From a virus (Duplodnaviria > Caudoviricetes), in IMG/VR virus record IMGVR_UViG_3300005573_001290, positions 1 through 32,651 of that record: a stretch of 32,651 bases of DNA. One strand, given 5' to 3'. The position numbers and the translations under genes were made by a program. Within the stretch, counting starts at the first letter, position 1. Every line of letters starts with the position of its first letter. The notes under the pieces were generated by a model that worked only from the letters and a program-made list of their open reading frames with translations, was not told where the DNA came from and searched no databases. Positions 9,529-17,228 of the stretch are shown in pieces.

Positions 9529-9800
9529 GTGGCCTACCAATGGGATGCCGCGAAAGCCCGGCGCAATCTCCAGAAGCACGGGGTCGATTTTGCGGACGCG
9601 GCAGGCGTGTTCGAAGACGAGCGTGCCCTGACCATCGAGGACCCGCGCGCTGAACAGGAGCGACGATGGATCACCATCGGGATGGACTGGCTTGGCCGGG
9701 TGCTGGTGGTCGTGTACACGTGGGGGGCGATACGATCCGGCTGATTTCGGCGCGGCCCGCCACAGCGCGGGAGCGCGAGCAATATGAGGAAGGAAGATGA
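9529..9800 (+). pseudogene. brnT: BrnT family toxin, frameshifted at a G6 run (9722-9727)
   Basis: YQWDAAKARRNLQKHGVDFADAAGVFED...ERRWITIG...VLVVVYTW; the conserved tail DTIRLISARPATAREREQYEEGR* is in another frame and ends with ATGA overlap onto brnA. Confidence 0.85.
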
Positions 9801-10051
9801 AAAGAGAATATGATTTCTCCAAGGCCCGGCGCGGGCCGGTGGTTCGCGTGGCGAAGGGCAAGACACGCATTACCATTCGCTTGGATGATGACGTCTTGGC
9901 GTGGTTTCGCGAGCAGGTGCATCGCGCCGGGGGCGGCAGCTATCAAGCCCTGATCAACGAAGCCTTGCGGCGGCATATCGAGCAAGCGGGGCAGCCGCTG
10001 GAAGCCACGCTGCGACGGGTGATCCGTGAGGAACTCCGGCGCACAAGCTGA
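9797..10051 (+). CDS. brnA: BrnA family antitoxin (ribbon-helix-helix)
   Basis: MKREYDFSKARRG...KTRITIRLDDDVLAWFR...GGSYQALINEALR. Confidence 0.9.
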   Translation: MKREYDFSKARRGPVVRVAKGKTRITIRLDDDVLAWFREQVHRAGGGSYQALINEALRRHIEQAGQPLEATLRRVIREELRRTS

Positions 10052-10070
10052 CGACGGATGGCTGCTCGGA

Positions 10071-10472
10071 TCAGGCAAGCTCGATCAACTCGAAGCTCAG
10101 CTCCGTGTGCGCAAGCGAAGTAGCCTGTTCCCACGGACCGTTGAACCGCACCGTGTACCGCCCCTGCGTGGCCTGGCCAGTTGGGTCATAGCTGAACTTT
10201 GGGACGGTCTCCCAGGGATCGTAGAAGCAAAACGGCTCAGCCGGACCCTTGCGGGCGTCGTAGAAGCCGCGCAGGGCGGCCAGTTGCAATGGAGTGAGCC
10301 GCTTCGCCAGCCGCCAGCGCTTGCGGCTGTTGGCCGCCTGAACCGAACGCTGCGATTCGCCGTTGCGATACTCGTTGTCCAAGACCGGGTACTCGCGCTC
10401 GTGGGTGAAAGCGTGCGAGAGGCTGGCCGGGAGTACGGTGAGGGGCGCTGCGTTCTGTACCGATCCGGGCAT
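10071..10472 (-). CDS. distal tail protein (DUF2460-like)
   Basis: LRGFYDARKGPAEPFCFYDP...YTVRF...LSFELIEL; located between TMP and tail-tip gene. Confidence 0.7.
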   Translation of the reverse strand: MPGSVQNAAPLTVLPASLSHAFTHEREYPVLDNEYRNGESQRSVQAANSRKRWRLAKRLTPLQLAALRGFYDARKGPAEPFCFYDPWETVPKFSYDPTGQATQGRYTVRFNGPWEQATSLAHTELSFELIELA

Positions 10473-10942
10473 CAGGCCGTCACCAGGTCGATGAGTCTTT
10501 GGTCTGGGCGCGCGCCGAGCTTGCTTGCCACGAACCGCGCATAGTTGGCCGGGTGGTTCCTGTCCGATGAGGGCGCATACGCCCGAAACATCTCCTCACA
10601 GGTCGGCGGCCTGCCCTGCGTGTAGCGGCCATCCAGATACTGGCCAATGAGCACCCGCAGCACCCGCCAGCCCTCCTCCAGCGCCCGCCGGCTCAGCTCC
10701 TCGCGGCTCACGCCGGGGAACCGCTCCGAAGCCCAGGCGACGAAGTCGACATATCCATTCGATGTCGGGTACGGCAGCCCGCGGCTGTCCCGCCATTGGC
10801 GGAGGTTGCCGGGGTTCGCGTTGATCTGGGCCAGCGTCGGATAGCGGATCTTGCGCGCCCGGGCCTGTGGCTCGCTCACAAAGAACCCTTCCATCTCGGC
10901 GATCGCCCGCGCAAGGCGGTCAATCAGTTCCGCTCGCGTCAT
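10472..10942 (-). CDS. putative lysozyme-like endolysin or virion muramidase
   Basis: AIAEMEG...NANPGNLR...GYVDF...EEGWRVL...YAPSSDRNHPANYARFVA resembles NNPGN-type lysozyme-like phage proteins; start placed at MTRAEL. Confidence 0.6.
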   Translation of the reverse strand: MTRAELIDRLARAIAEMEGFFVSEPQARARKIRYPTLAQINANPGNLRQWRDSRGLPYPTSNGYVDFVAWASERFPGVSREELSRRALEEGWRVLRVLIGQYLDGRYTQGRPPTCEEMFRAYAPSSDRNHPANYARFVASKLGARPDQRLIDLVTA

Positions 10943-11135
10943 CCTGCCGCAGCCTCCAGCGCTCCACCCACTGCTGCCACTCCCGGCGCTGGATGTAGCG
11001 CTCATCGAGCAGCTCCAGGAGTTCGAACTTCAGCCGGGCGATGGCCTCGCCCACGCTCTGCCGCACAAAGACACCCACCACCGTGGATGCGATCACGGCC
11101 ACGGCGCACAGGGCCGTGACTGCCTGCCATTCCAT
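10920..11135 (-). CDS. small single-transmembrane protein (holin/antiholin-like)
   Basis: One N-terminal hydrophobic helix, charged C-terminus, AAGGAGG RBS, overlaps the lysin-like gene. Confidence 0.55.
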   Translation of the reverse strand: MEWQAVTALCAVAVIASTVVGVFVRQSVGEAIARLKFELLELLDERYIQRREWQQWVERWRLRQDDASGTD

Positions 11136-11145
11136 TGGCGCCTCC

Positions 11146-14100
11146 TTATCCCACCACCAGCCCTGGACTCATTTGCAAGGCCGCCGACTGCCGGCGGCCG
11201 GCGTTCTGCTTCATCGCATTCATCGCCGCCGATTGCACCGCGCGCGGGTTGCTCACCACCACGCGCACGGTCTCCTGCTCGAAGAACTCCTTGGCCCCCG
11301 GCACGGTGATGTTAATGACCGTCGTCCCACTGGACGCCACACCTGCTCCGATCCGGTCGAGAGAGAACCCGCCGGAGCCCTGGGAGAATAGCGCGCCGCC
11401 ATATTGAACCATCGACACCGGGCGCATGACAGGCGGCAGTCCTGCCGTGCTCTGGCCGGTGCTCATGGCGTAGAGCTCGACCAGTTCCCGCACCGGCTGG
11501 CTGCGGATGGCCATGTCGAGGTTGCCGCCAAATCCCTGCTTGGCGATCTCAACGATCTGGCGCAGGATGTTCTTCTCGCGGATCTCGACGCCGTAGGTGG
11601 CCTTGATCTTCTCCCGCACCTTCTGCTCCGCGCTCTGCCGGAACATGCCGAGGATTCCGGCGAACGCACCGATACCCGCCGCCGCAATCCATCCCACTGG
11701 TCCGGCAGCAACCAGCGCCGGGAAGAAGCTAGCCAGCGCGCCGAACCCCGCCAGGCCGCTGATCGCGCCCAGCGCCGGCGCCAGCCCGCGCCCCACTCCA
11801 CCGCCTTGCCCGAGCCGGAATGCACCCATCAGCCCCAAGCCCGCGCCAAGCAGTCCAAGTTGTGGCGCCATCGCCGCCAGTCCCGCCCGAGTCACGCCCA
11901 GGCCAGCTCCGAGCCCCGTCAAACCACCCAGGCCTCCGGCGGGAGTACTCGCTGCCGACCCGGTGCCACCGCCAATCGCGCCAAACACAGGCGCCGCACC
12001 GGCGCCGAGTATGCCGCCTGCGGCCCCGGCCAGGGATACCCGCTGCCCCGTGAATAAATAGGTCAGCATCGCTGCGATGCGCGAGGTCACGACCTCTTTG
12101 ATAGCGGTCAGCAGCGCCGTCTTGAGCGAGTCCGCCAGCGCCGACCAGATCGACCGGCCCTTCGTCAGCAAGGCATCAAACACCCCCTCGGCCTGCCGCC
12201 GGAAGCTGTCGAAGATCCGCTGGTTCTCATCCCGGATGATCTGGGTTTGCCGAATGGCTGCCGATTGCCGCGCCGCATCCAGTGCCGCCTGCGTGTCGGC
12301 GTCGAGCCGCTGCCCGCGCTCGGCGTACTGTTGGAGAATGGCGTCCCGGCGCGCGGCGATTTGCTCCTCCGCCATGCCCCGCGCCCGGGCGATCGTCTCC
12401 ATCGTGTCGAGCTCGATTTCGGACTCGCGCTTGAGTTGATCGGCAAGCAGTCGAAACCGGGTCATTAAGTAGCGCTCCTCGATGGCAAGCTTTTGGGCAA
12501 CCCCATCGAGCTGCTGCTGGACGGTCGCGGTCTCCATCCGATCCAGATGGCGCAGCTCGTAATCCCGGACATGCTCAGCTGCCTGCTCCTCGTAGGTGAG
12601 TCTCGCCTCAAGTGCCTGCCGTTGAATCTCCAGCGTTTCCGTCTCGAACTGGCGCTCCTCGGCAACCTGCTGCTGGCGCCAGTTCAGAAATTTCTCTTTT
12701 GCACCCTCAGCATCTCTTTCCACCTCCGCCAGAGGCTTGCCGCTCTCTAGCTTGATTCGCTGGAGCTCATTGGACACAAGCGTCACAGTGGCCCGATTGA
12801 TATCCCAGATGGCGGCAGCCGTCAGACCGTAGACGTTCAGTAATTTCTGTCTCTCGGCATAGATCCGTCCCATGTTGCCAAGTTCGGCGGTTTGGGCCGA
12901 CAAAAGATATTCGCGGGCCTGCTTTTCGGCCTCCCGTTGCTTCTCCCTCTCCTTTTCGAGCTCTTCCAGTTCTTCAAAGTTGATGCCAGGCCCGCGCACC
13001 TTAAAGCCGGTCTCGACCTCCAGGTCCAATGGTTCCATGGACCGGCCGCCGATCGCCTGCCGAATCTCAGCCTCGCTCAGGCCGGCGGCTGTCATCTGCT
13101 CCAGCGTCTTGCCTGACTTGAGCCCAGAGAAGACCTCAGCCTGCCGGTTGAGCCGCTCCAGTGATTCCCGGAATTCATCGGCGCGCTTCCTCTCGCGCCA
13201 GAGCACCCCACCGAACGCAGCCAGACCAGCGCCAGCCAATGCCCAAGGGCTCAGCAGTCCCATGGCAGCCGCAAGGCCCTTTATCGCCGCGGCGACTTTG
13301 GGAATCGCAGTCACCAGCGAATAAAGACCGATTGCGATTCCGATTTCCGCGAGCGCATTTGCGAGGTCCTTGACATAGGTGATCGCTTGCCGCAGACCAC
13401 CGCCTCTTACCCAACGGACCATCTTGTCGGTGAGTTCAACCAGCCGCGGCGTGAGTTCATTGGCCAGGGCGAACTTCAGGCCTTGAATCGCCGATTGCAA
13501 TCGCCTGAGGTTGTCGGTGAACTGCCCGGCGGCCCGGAGCGCATCTTCGCCAACCACCAGGCCAAAGTCATGCGCCTCCTGCCGCAAGCGGCGGATCTCT
13601 GATCCGCCCTGATTCAAAAACGGAATCATCTCCCGGCCCGAGCGGCCGAGCAGGGTCATGGAGAGCGCCACCTGAGTCGCATCCTCCGGCATCTGGCGGA
13701 AGCGGTCGGCCAGATCCTCCAGGACATCTCCGGCATTGCGGAGTTGCCCGCGCTGGTCGCGGAAGGACACGCCGAGCGCCTCAAAGGCGCGTCTCTGCTC
13801 CCCGGCTCCCTTGGCGGCCTCCATCATGTTGCGCGAGAGACTTCCGACGGAGGTAGCGAGCTGCTCCGCGCTTATGCCCGACAGTTCGGCAACCTGCTTG
13901 AGCTCAGAATAGGCCGCTACGCTCAGCCCAACTTTCTGCGCGGCCTTGCCCATGGCGTCCTGCTGCTCAAGAGCGCCAATCGTCAGGGATTGAATGGCGC
14001 GCGCAGCGGACATGAGCGCGCCATAGATGGCCAGGCCGGCGACGACGGCCTTCGTCATGCTGGCGGTCATGCCGTCGATGCCTTGCGATGCGCCCCGGGC

Positions 14101-14214
14101 GCTCTTGACGGCCGCGGCTTCCATGCTGGAGAGATTCGCGTTGACGCCCTTGAGGGACGCATTAGCCCGGCTGGCATCCACTTCCACGACGAGCTCGAGA
14201 CGGTTGTCGGCCAT
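11146..14214 (-). CDS. tape measure protein (1022 aa from MADNRLEL)
   Basis: Long Ala/Leu helical protein, FEALGVS...LLGRSGREMIPFLNQG core, Gly-rich hydrophobic C-terminal part; downstream of the tail chaperone. Confidence 0.92.
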   Translation of the reverse strand: MADNRLELVVEVDASRANASLKGVNANLSSMEAAAVKSARGASQGIDGMTASMTKAVVAGLAIYGALMSAARAIQSLTIGALEQQDAMGKAAQKVGLSVAAYSELKQVAELSGISAEQLATSVGSLSRNMMEAAKGAGEQRRAFEALGVSFRDQRGQLRNAGDVLEDLADRFRQMPEDATQVALSMTLLGRSGREMIPFLNQGGSEIRRLRQEAHDFGLVVGEDALRAAGQFTDNLRRLQSAIQGLKFALANELTPRLVELTDKMVRWVRGGGLRQAITYVKDLANALAEIGIAIGLYSLVTAIPKVAAAIKGLAAAMGLLSPWALAGAGLAAFGGVLWRERKRADEFRESLERLNRQAEVFSGLKSGKTLEQMTAAGLSEAEIRQAIGGRSMEPLDLEVETGFKVRGPGINFEELEELEKEREKQREAEKQAREYLLSAQTAELGNMGRIYAERQKLLNVYGLTAAAIWDINRATVTLVSNELQRIKLESGKPLAEVERDAEGAKEKFLNWRQQQVAEERQFETETLEIQRQALEARLTYEEQAAEHVRDYELRHLDRMETATVQQQLDGVAQKLAIEERYLMTRFRLLADQLKRESEIELDTMETIARARGMAEEQIAARRDAILQQYAERGQRLDADTQAALDAARQSAAIRQTQIIRDENQRIFDSFRRQAEGVFDALLTKGRSIWSALADSLKTALLTAIKEVVTSRIAAMLTYLFTGQRVSLAGAAGGILGAGAAPVFGAIGGGTGSAASTPAGGLGGLTGLGAGLGVTRAGLAAMAPQLGLLGAGLGLMGAFRLGQGGGVGRGLAPALGAISGLAGFGALASFFPALVAAGPVGWIAAAGIGAFAGILGMFRQSAEQKVREKIKATYGVEIREKNILRQIVEIAKQGFGGNLDMAIRSQPVRELVELYAMSTGQSTAGLPPVMRPVSMVQYGGALFSQGSGGFSLDRIGAGVASSGTTVINITVPGAKEFFEQETVRVVVSNPRAVQSAAMNAMKQNAGRRQSAALQMSPGLVVG

Positions 14215-14228
14215 GCGAAGAGCGGCTC

Positions 14229-14257
14229 TTGCGATTTCGCAATATTGCGAATAGACT
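14229..14257 (+). promoter_or_regulatory. sigma70-type promoter with a perfect 16-bp palindrome in the spacer
   Basis: TTGCGA-17 bp-TAGACT; TTCGCAATATTGCGAA at 14236-14251; ATG 8 nt downstream of the -10 box. Confidence 0.75.
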
Positions 14258-14265
14258 GGATTAGG

Positions 14266-14643
14266 ATGCCAAGGACAAAGGTCGTCCTTTACGGCGAGCA
14301 AGACGGCGCCTGCCCGTTTCTTGACTGGTACAGCGGCTTACCGGTCAAGGCGCAGGCGAAATGCCTGCTCCGGCTGGAACGGCTGCGCGAGTTGGGGCAT
14401 GAGCTGCGCCGCCCGGAGGCGGACTACTTGCGGGACGGGATCTATGAACTTCGCGTCCGCTGTCAGCACGCGCACTTCCGGATCTTGTACTTTTTCCATG
14501 GGACAGTCGCTGCGGTCGTCTCCCACGGCATTGTGAAAGAAGGGGCAGTCCCCGCGAAGGAGATCGACCGGGCGATTCAGCGCAAGAAGTGCTTCGAGGC
14601 CGATCCGGCCGGACACAGCCATTTCGAGGAGGTCTCACAATGA
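14266..14643 (+). CDS. RelE/ParE-superfamily toxin (Gp49/DUF891-like)
   Basis: CPFLDWY...LERLRELGHELRRPEADYLRDGIYELRVR...RILYFF...SHGIVKE...EIDRA. Confidence 0.85.
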   Translation: MPRTKVVLYGEQDGACPFLDWYSGLPVKAQAKCLLRLERLRELGHELRRPEADYLRDGIYELRVRCQHAHFRILYFFHGTVAAVVSHGIVKEGAVPAKEIDRAIQRKKCFEADPAGHSHFEEVSQ

Positions 14644-14960
14644 GCGGCAAACGAAAGTCTACGAGCGATGCGGTGGAGATTCTTCACCGGCGATTCTTTC
14701 AGGGGCGGCCAGAGCGCCTGAAGGCATTGGAAGAGGCCCGAGCCGACGACGAGGTCGCCCGGAAAATCTATGAACTTCGGACAAAGGCCGGCTTGACACA
14801 AGCCCAATTGGCCAAGATGATCGGCACTACGGCGTCGGTGATCTCACGCCTCGAGGATGCCGACTATGAAGGTCACTCCCTGGCCATGTTGCGCCGGATC
14901 GCAGCGGCCTTGAACCGGCGTGTGGAGATCCGCTTCGTTCCGGTCCGGAGATCTGCCTGA
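14640..14960 (+). CDS. XRE-family HTH antitoxin
   Basis: IYELRTKAGLTQAQLAKMIGTTASVISRLE...SLAMLRRIAAAL; ATGA overlap with the toxin; GAGGAGG RBS. Confidence 0.9.
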   Translation: MSGKRKSTSDAVEILHRRFFQGRPERLKALEEARADDEVARKIYELRTKAGLTQAQLAKMIGTTASVISRLEDADYEGHSLAMLRRIAAALNRRVEIRFVPVRRSA

Positions 14961-14962
14961 GC

Positions 14963-15208
14963 ATGGAAGACAACCGGCAAGGAAGATCGGCTTCCGAAGT
15001 CAGCCTGCATTCCGTGGTTGCCCTGCTGGCCGACCTGCCAGAGCGCGGCTTGGTTCGCGGCCAGGTGGGGACGGTCGTCGAACGCCTCGCCCCCGGTGTG
15101 TACGAGGTGGAATTCAGCGATGACCAAGGGCGCACATACGCGACAGTGGCTCTGGAGGCGGGGCAACTCATGCGCCTGCACTATCGGCCAGTTCACGAGG
15201 CGGCCTAG
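14963..15208 (+). CDS. DUF4926 family protein (orphan copy, putative immunity/antitoxin)
   Basis: VVALLADLPERGLVRGQVGTVVE...YEVEFSDDQGRTYA. Confidence 0.85.
   Translation: MEDNRQGRSASEVSLHSVVALLADLPERGLVRGQVGTVVERLAPGVYEVEFSDDQGRTYATVALEAGQLMRLHYRPVHEAA
15013..15124 (+). repeat. 112-bp direct repeat, copy 1 (core of DUF4926)
   Basis: Identical to 16092-16203 except one base (A15040 vs C16119); flanks diverge. Confidence 0.9.
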
Positions 15209-15326
15209 GCGCTTTTTGCCGCCGCCACTTCCATGCTTGACAGATTTGCATTGACGCTCTTGACGGACGCATTGCCCGGTTGGCGTCCACTTCCACGACG
15301 AGCTCGAGACGGTTGTCTGAAGGCAC
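15205..15326 (-). pseudogene. orphan copy of the tape-measure 5' end (copy B)
   Basis: Reads VPSDNRLELVVEVDANR[1-nt deletion]ANASVKSVNANLSSMEVAAAKSA*, aligning to TMP codons 1-39 (14098-14214). Confidence 0.9.
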
Positions 15327-15356
15327 TTAGCGGCCAGGCTGCTTTAAGATAAGGTT

Positions 15357-15539
15357 ATGCCCAAGGTTGCCGAAAGACCTGCTGCCCGGCCTTCCCTGAA
15401 GCGGAGTGGAGGGGCGGCGTCGGCTTTAGGCCGGAAGTTGCGGCGGATCAGCGACAGGATTGCTGCCTCTGGGGAGAAATTGCTCTCCCGGCGGGAACTG
15501 GAGCGCGAGGTGGCCGAACGGCGCGGCGGAGTGCGCTAG
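15357..15539 (+). CDS. small putative antitoxin (VapB-position partner of a PIN toxin)
   Basis: LGRKLRRISDRIAASGEKLLSRRELEREVAERRG; TAAGAT -10 box 6 nt before ATG; directly upstream of a PIN N-terminus. Confidence 0.65.
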   Translation: MPKVAERPAARPSLKRSGGAASALGRKLRRISDRIAASGEKLLSRRELEREVAERRGGVR

Positions 15540-15544
15540 ATCGA

Positions 15545-15589
15545 ATGATCCGAACGTTTCTGGACAGCGGGGTGCTGTTGGCCGCCGCC
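15545..15589 (+). pseudogene. truncated PIN-domain (VapC-like) toxin, first 15 codons only
   Basis: MIRTFLDSGVLLAAA matches the PIN N-terminal motif with the first catalytic Asp; it then runs into antisense TMP copy C and stops at 15709. Confidence 0.7.
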
Positions 15590-15687
15590 ACTTCCATTCT
15601 GGAGAGATTCGCGTTGACGGTCTTGATGGATGCATTGGCCCGGTTGGCATCCACTTCAATGACGAATTCGAGTCTGTTGTCAGACAT
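15571..15687 (-). pseudogene. orphan copy of the tape-measure 5' end (copy C)
   Basis: MSDNRLEFVIEVDANRANASIKTVNANLSRMEVAAANST vs TMP MADNRLELVVEVDASRANASLKGVNANLSSMEAAAVKSA. Confidence 0.9.
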
Positions 15688-15718
15688 GGGTATCGAAAGA
15701 AGTTGGTAGGATCGACAC

Positions 15719-16060
15719 TTGATGCTCTTGCCGGGCGCCGACCGTGCCGTCGTCGATATCGTGAAGCTTCGCCACTACTGTCTCAGCCCCACTCATCCAC
15801 GAGGCCGTCACAAGGCGCGGGTGTTTGCCGCGACTGTGGGCCTCACCGCCGCCGATGCCGAGTTACTTCGGCAGGCCCTCTTGGACGCAGCGCGTACGGG
15901 CGAGGCGATCGTGGGCACGGCAGATGAATACGGCCAGCGCTATGCGGTCGACTTCGATTTCGTGAGGGCTGGAAGGCGAGCCCGCATTCGTAGTGCCTGG
16001 ATCGTACTTACTGGTGAGGACTTTCCGCGGTTCACGAGTTGTCATGTATTATTGGATTGA
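15719..16060 (+). CDS. DUF6883 family protein (putative nuclease-type toxin)
   Basis: LPGADRAVVDIVKLRHYCLSPTHPRGRHKARVF...DEYGQRY...IRSAWIV...PRFTS; followed by DUF4926; start TTG 15719 or ATG 15722. Confidence 0.8.
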   Translation: MMLLPGADRAVVDIVKLRHYCLSPTHPRGRHKARVFAATVGLTAADAELLRQALLDAARTGEAIVGTADEYGQRYAVDFDFVRAGRRARIRSAWIVLTGEDFPRFTSCHVLLD

Positions 16061-16068
16061 GGCCTGCC

Positions 16069-16287
16069 ATGGCGGAACTTGAACTGCTCAGCGTGGTTGC
16101 CCTGCTGGCCGACCTGCCCGAGCGCGGCTTGGTTCGCGGCCAGGTGGGGACGGTCGTCGAACGCCTCGCCCCCGGTGTGTACGAGGTGGAATTCAGCGAT
16201 GACGCTGGCAGAACATATGCCTCGTTGGCCGTGTCCGGCGAGCAGCTTCTGGTTCTGCATCACGAGCCCATCCATCAAGCCGCTTAA
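16069..16287 (+). CDS. DUF4926 family protein (partner of DUF6883)
   Basis: MAELELLSVVALLADLPERGLVRGQVGTVVE...; GAGG RBS. Confidence 0.85.
   Translation: MAELELLSVVALLADLPERGLVRGQVGTVVERLAPGVYEVEFSDDAGRTYASLAVSGEQLLVLHHEPIHQAA
16092..16203 (+). repeat. 112-bp direct repeat, copy 2
   Basis: 111/112 identical to 15013-15124. Confidence 0.9.
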
Positions 16288-16289
16288 GA

Positions 16290-16616
16290 TCATTGAGCCT
16301 CGATCCGTTCACTGTCCAGCCGTTCACGTTCCTCTTCCAGGATGACCATCGCTGCGAACTCATCCGCGCGGATCTCGTCGAGGCCGATTCGGACGCCCAA
16401 CTTCAACGCCGCGCGAAGGTCAATCGCGAGACGCAACAACAGACCGGCCTCCGAGGATTGAGCCGCATCCAGCTTGTCCAGCGGGCAGTGATCACAGCGG
16501 CCACCGTCGTCGGGCGCGTCCGGACAGAGACCAGGGTCGCAGAGCTCTTCGCGGCGCAGCGCCCAGTGAATCAGGAACCGCAGGGAGGGCCGCTCCGGCC
16601 ACTCCGCCGGTGTTAG
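16290..16616 (-). CDS. gpT-like C-terminal extension of the tail assembly chaperone (-1 frame; absent from the ORF track)
   Basis: Open 109-codon frame LTPAEWPERPSLRFLIHWALRREELCDPGLCPDAPDDGGRCDHCPL...RIEAQ* starting at the slippery site. Confidence 0.8.
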   Translation of the reverse strand, partial: LTPAEWPERPSLRFLIHWALRREELCDPGLCPDAPDDGGRCDHCPLDKLDAAQSSEAGLLLRLAIDLRAALKLGVRIGLDEIRADEFAAMVILEEERERLDSERIEAQ

Positions 16617-17215
16617 TTTGGGTCCGAGGACTCCGCGAAGGCGCCGTCGAGGGCGTCGATGGCGGCTTTTACGGCCACGGCCTGGTGGATGATGGGCGCC
16701 TCGCCCGCGTAGCCTTCGGTGGAGTCCACCAGCTTCTTGTAGAGCGCCGCCGCCGGTGTGAGGTTAATGATCAACTCCTGGCGGTTGTAAGGCAGATCGA
16801 GCACGCGCGCGAAGCCGCGGCGGTATTCGAAGACGTCCTTGGCCGAGGGCATCCGCAGCACATGCGTTACCGTGCCACCCAGCACGCGCATCGTCACGCG
16901 GAAGCCGTCGCCAGCCTGGACCACGTCGTCGACATCGGCCTGGCTCAACTGCTCGATGATCCGGCTGGCCTCGAAGGCGTCCACCTCGGGCGCGTTCTCG
17001 TCGGCCAGACGGATCTTGGCGAGCAGCGCGGCGTCGGCATCGTGAGAGTCAGGGATCGTCGTCTCGGAGACGCCCCGGCCCAGTTGTTTCACGATGACCT
17101 TGCGCCTCTTCTGGCGGTCGATCCACTCTTCGTCACTCGGAAAGCGCACGCGAACCGGCTTTACGCCTTCGGGCGTGCGCAGGTGGATGGTGATGGATTG
17201 CTTTGCGTCAAACAT
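16613..17215 (-). CDS. tail assembly chaperone (gpG-like), 200 aa from MFDAKQ
   Basis: Between major tail and TMP; AAAGGA RBS; ends at a slippery heptamer. Confidence 0.8.
   Translation of the reverse strand: MFDAKQSITIHLRTPEGVKPVRVRFPSDEEWIDRQKRRKVIVKQLGRGVSETTIPDSHDADAALLAKIRLADENAPEVDAFEASRIIEQLSQADVDDVVQAGDGFRVTMRVLGGTVTHVLRMPSAKDVFEYRRGFARVLDLPYNRQELIINLTPAAALYKKLVDSTEGYAGEAPIIHQAVAVKAAIDALDGAFAESSDPN
16616..16622 (-). promoter_or_regulatory. programmed -1 ribosomal frameshift heptamer C CCA AAC
   Basis: X XXY YYZ pattern in the correct phase immediately before the TAA stop, with an open -1 frame downstream. Confidence 0.8.
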
Positions 17216-17228
17216 AAGAAGGTCCTTT

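Noticed and set aside
4597-10472. Gene transfer agent cluster
   Set aside because: The tail-tip genes resemble GTA-type modules, but the head and packaging genes are lambda-type (GpA, gpW, S49, gpD, gpE) with a methylase and accessory genes, which fits a prophage.
14214-16290. Classical integron
   Set aside because: No integron integrase and no recognisable attC structures; the repeated element is coding sequence from the TMP 5' end.
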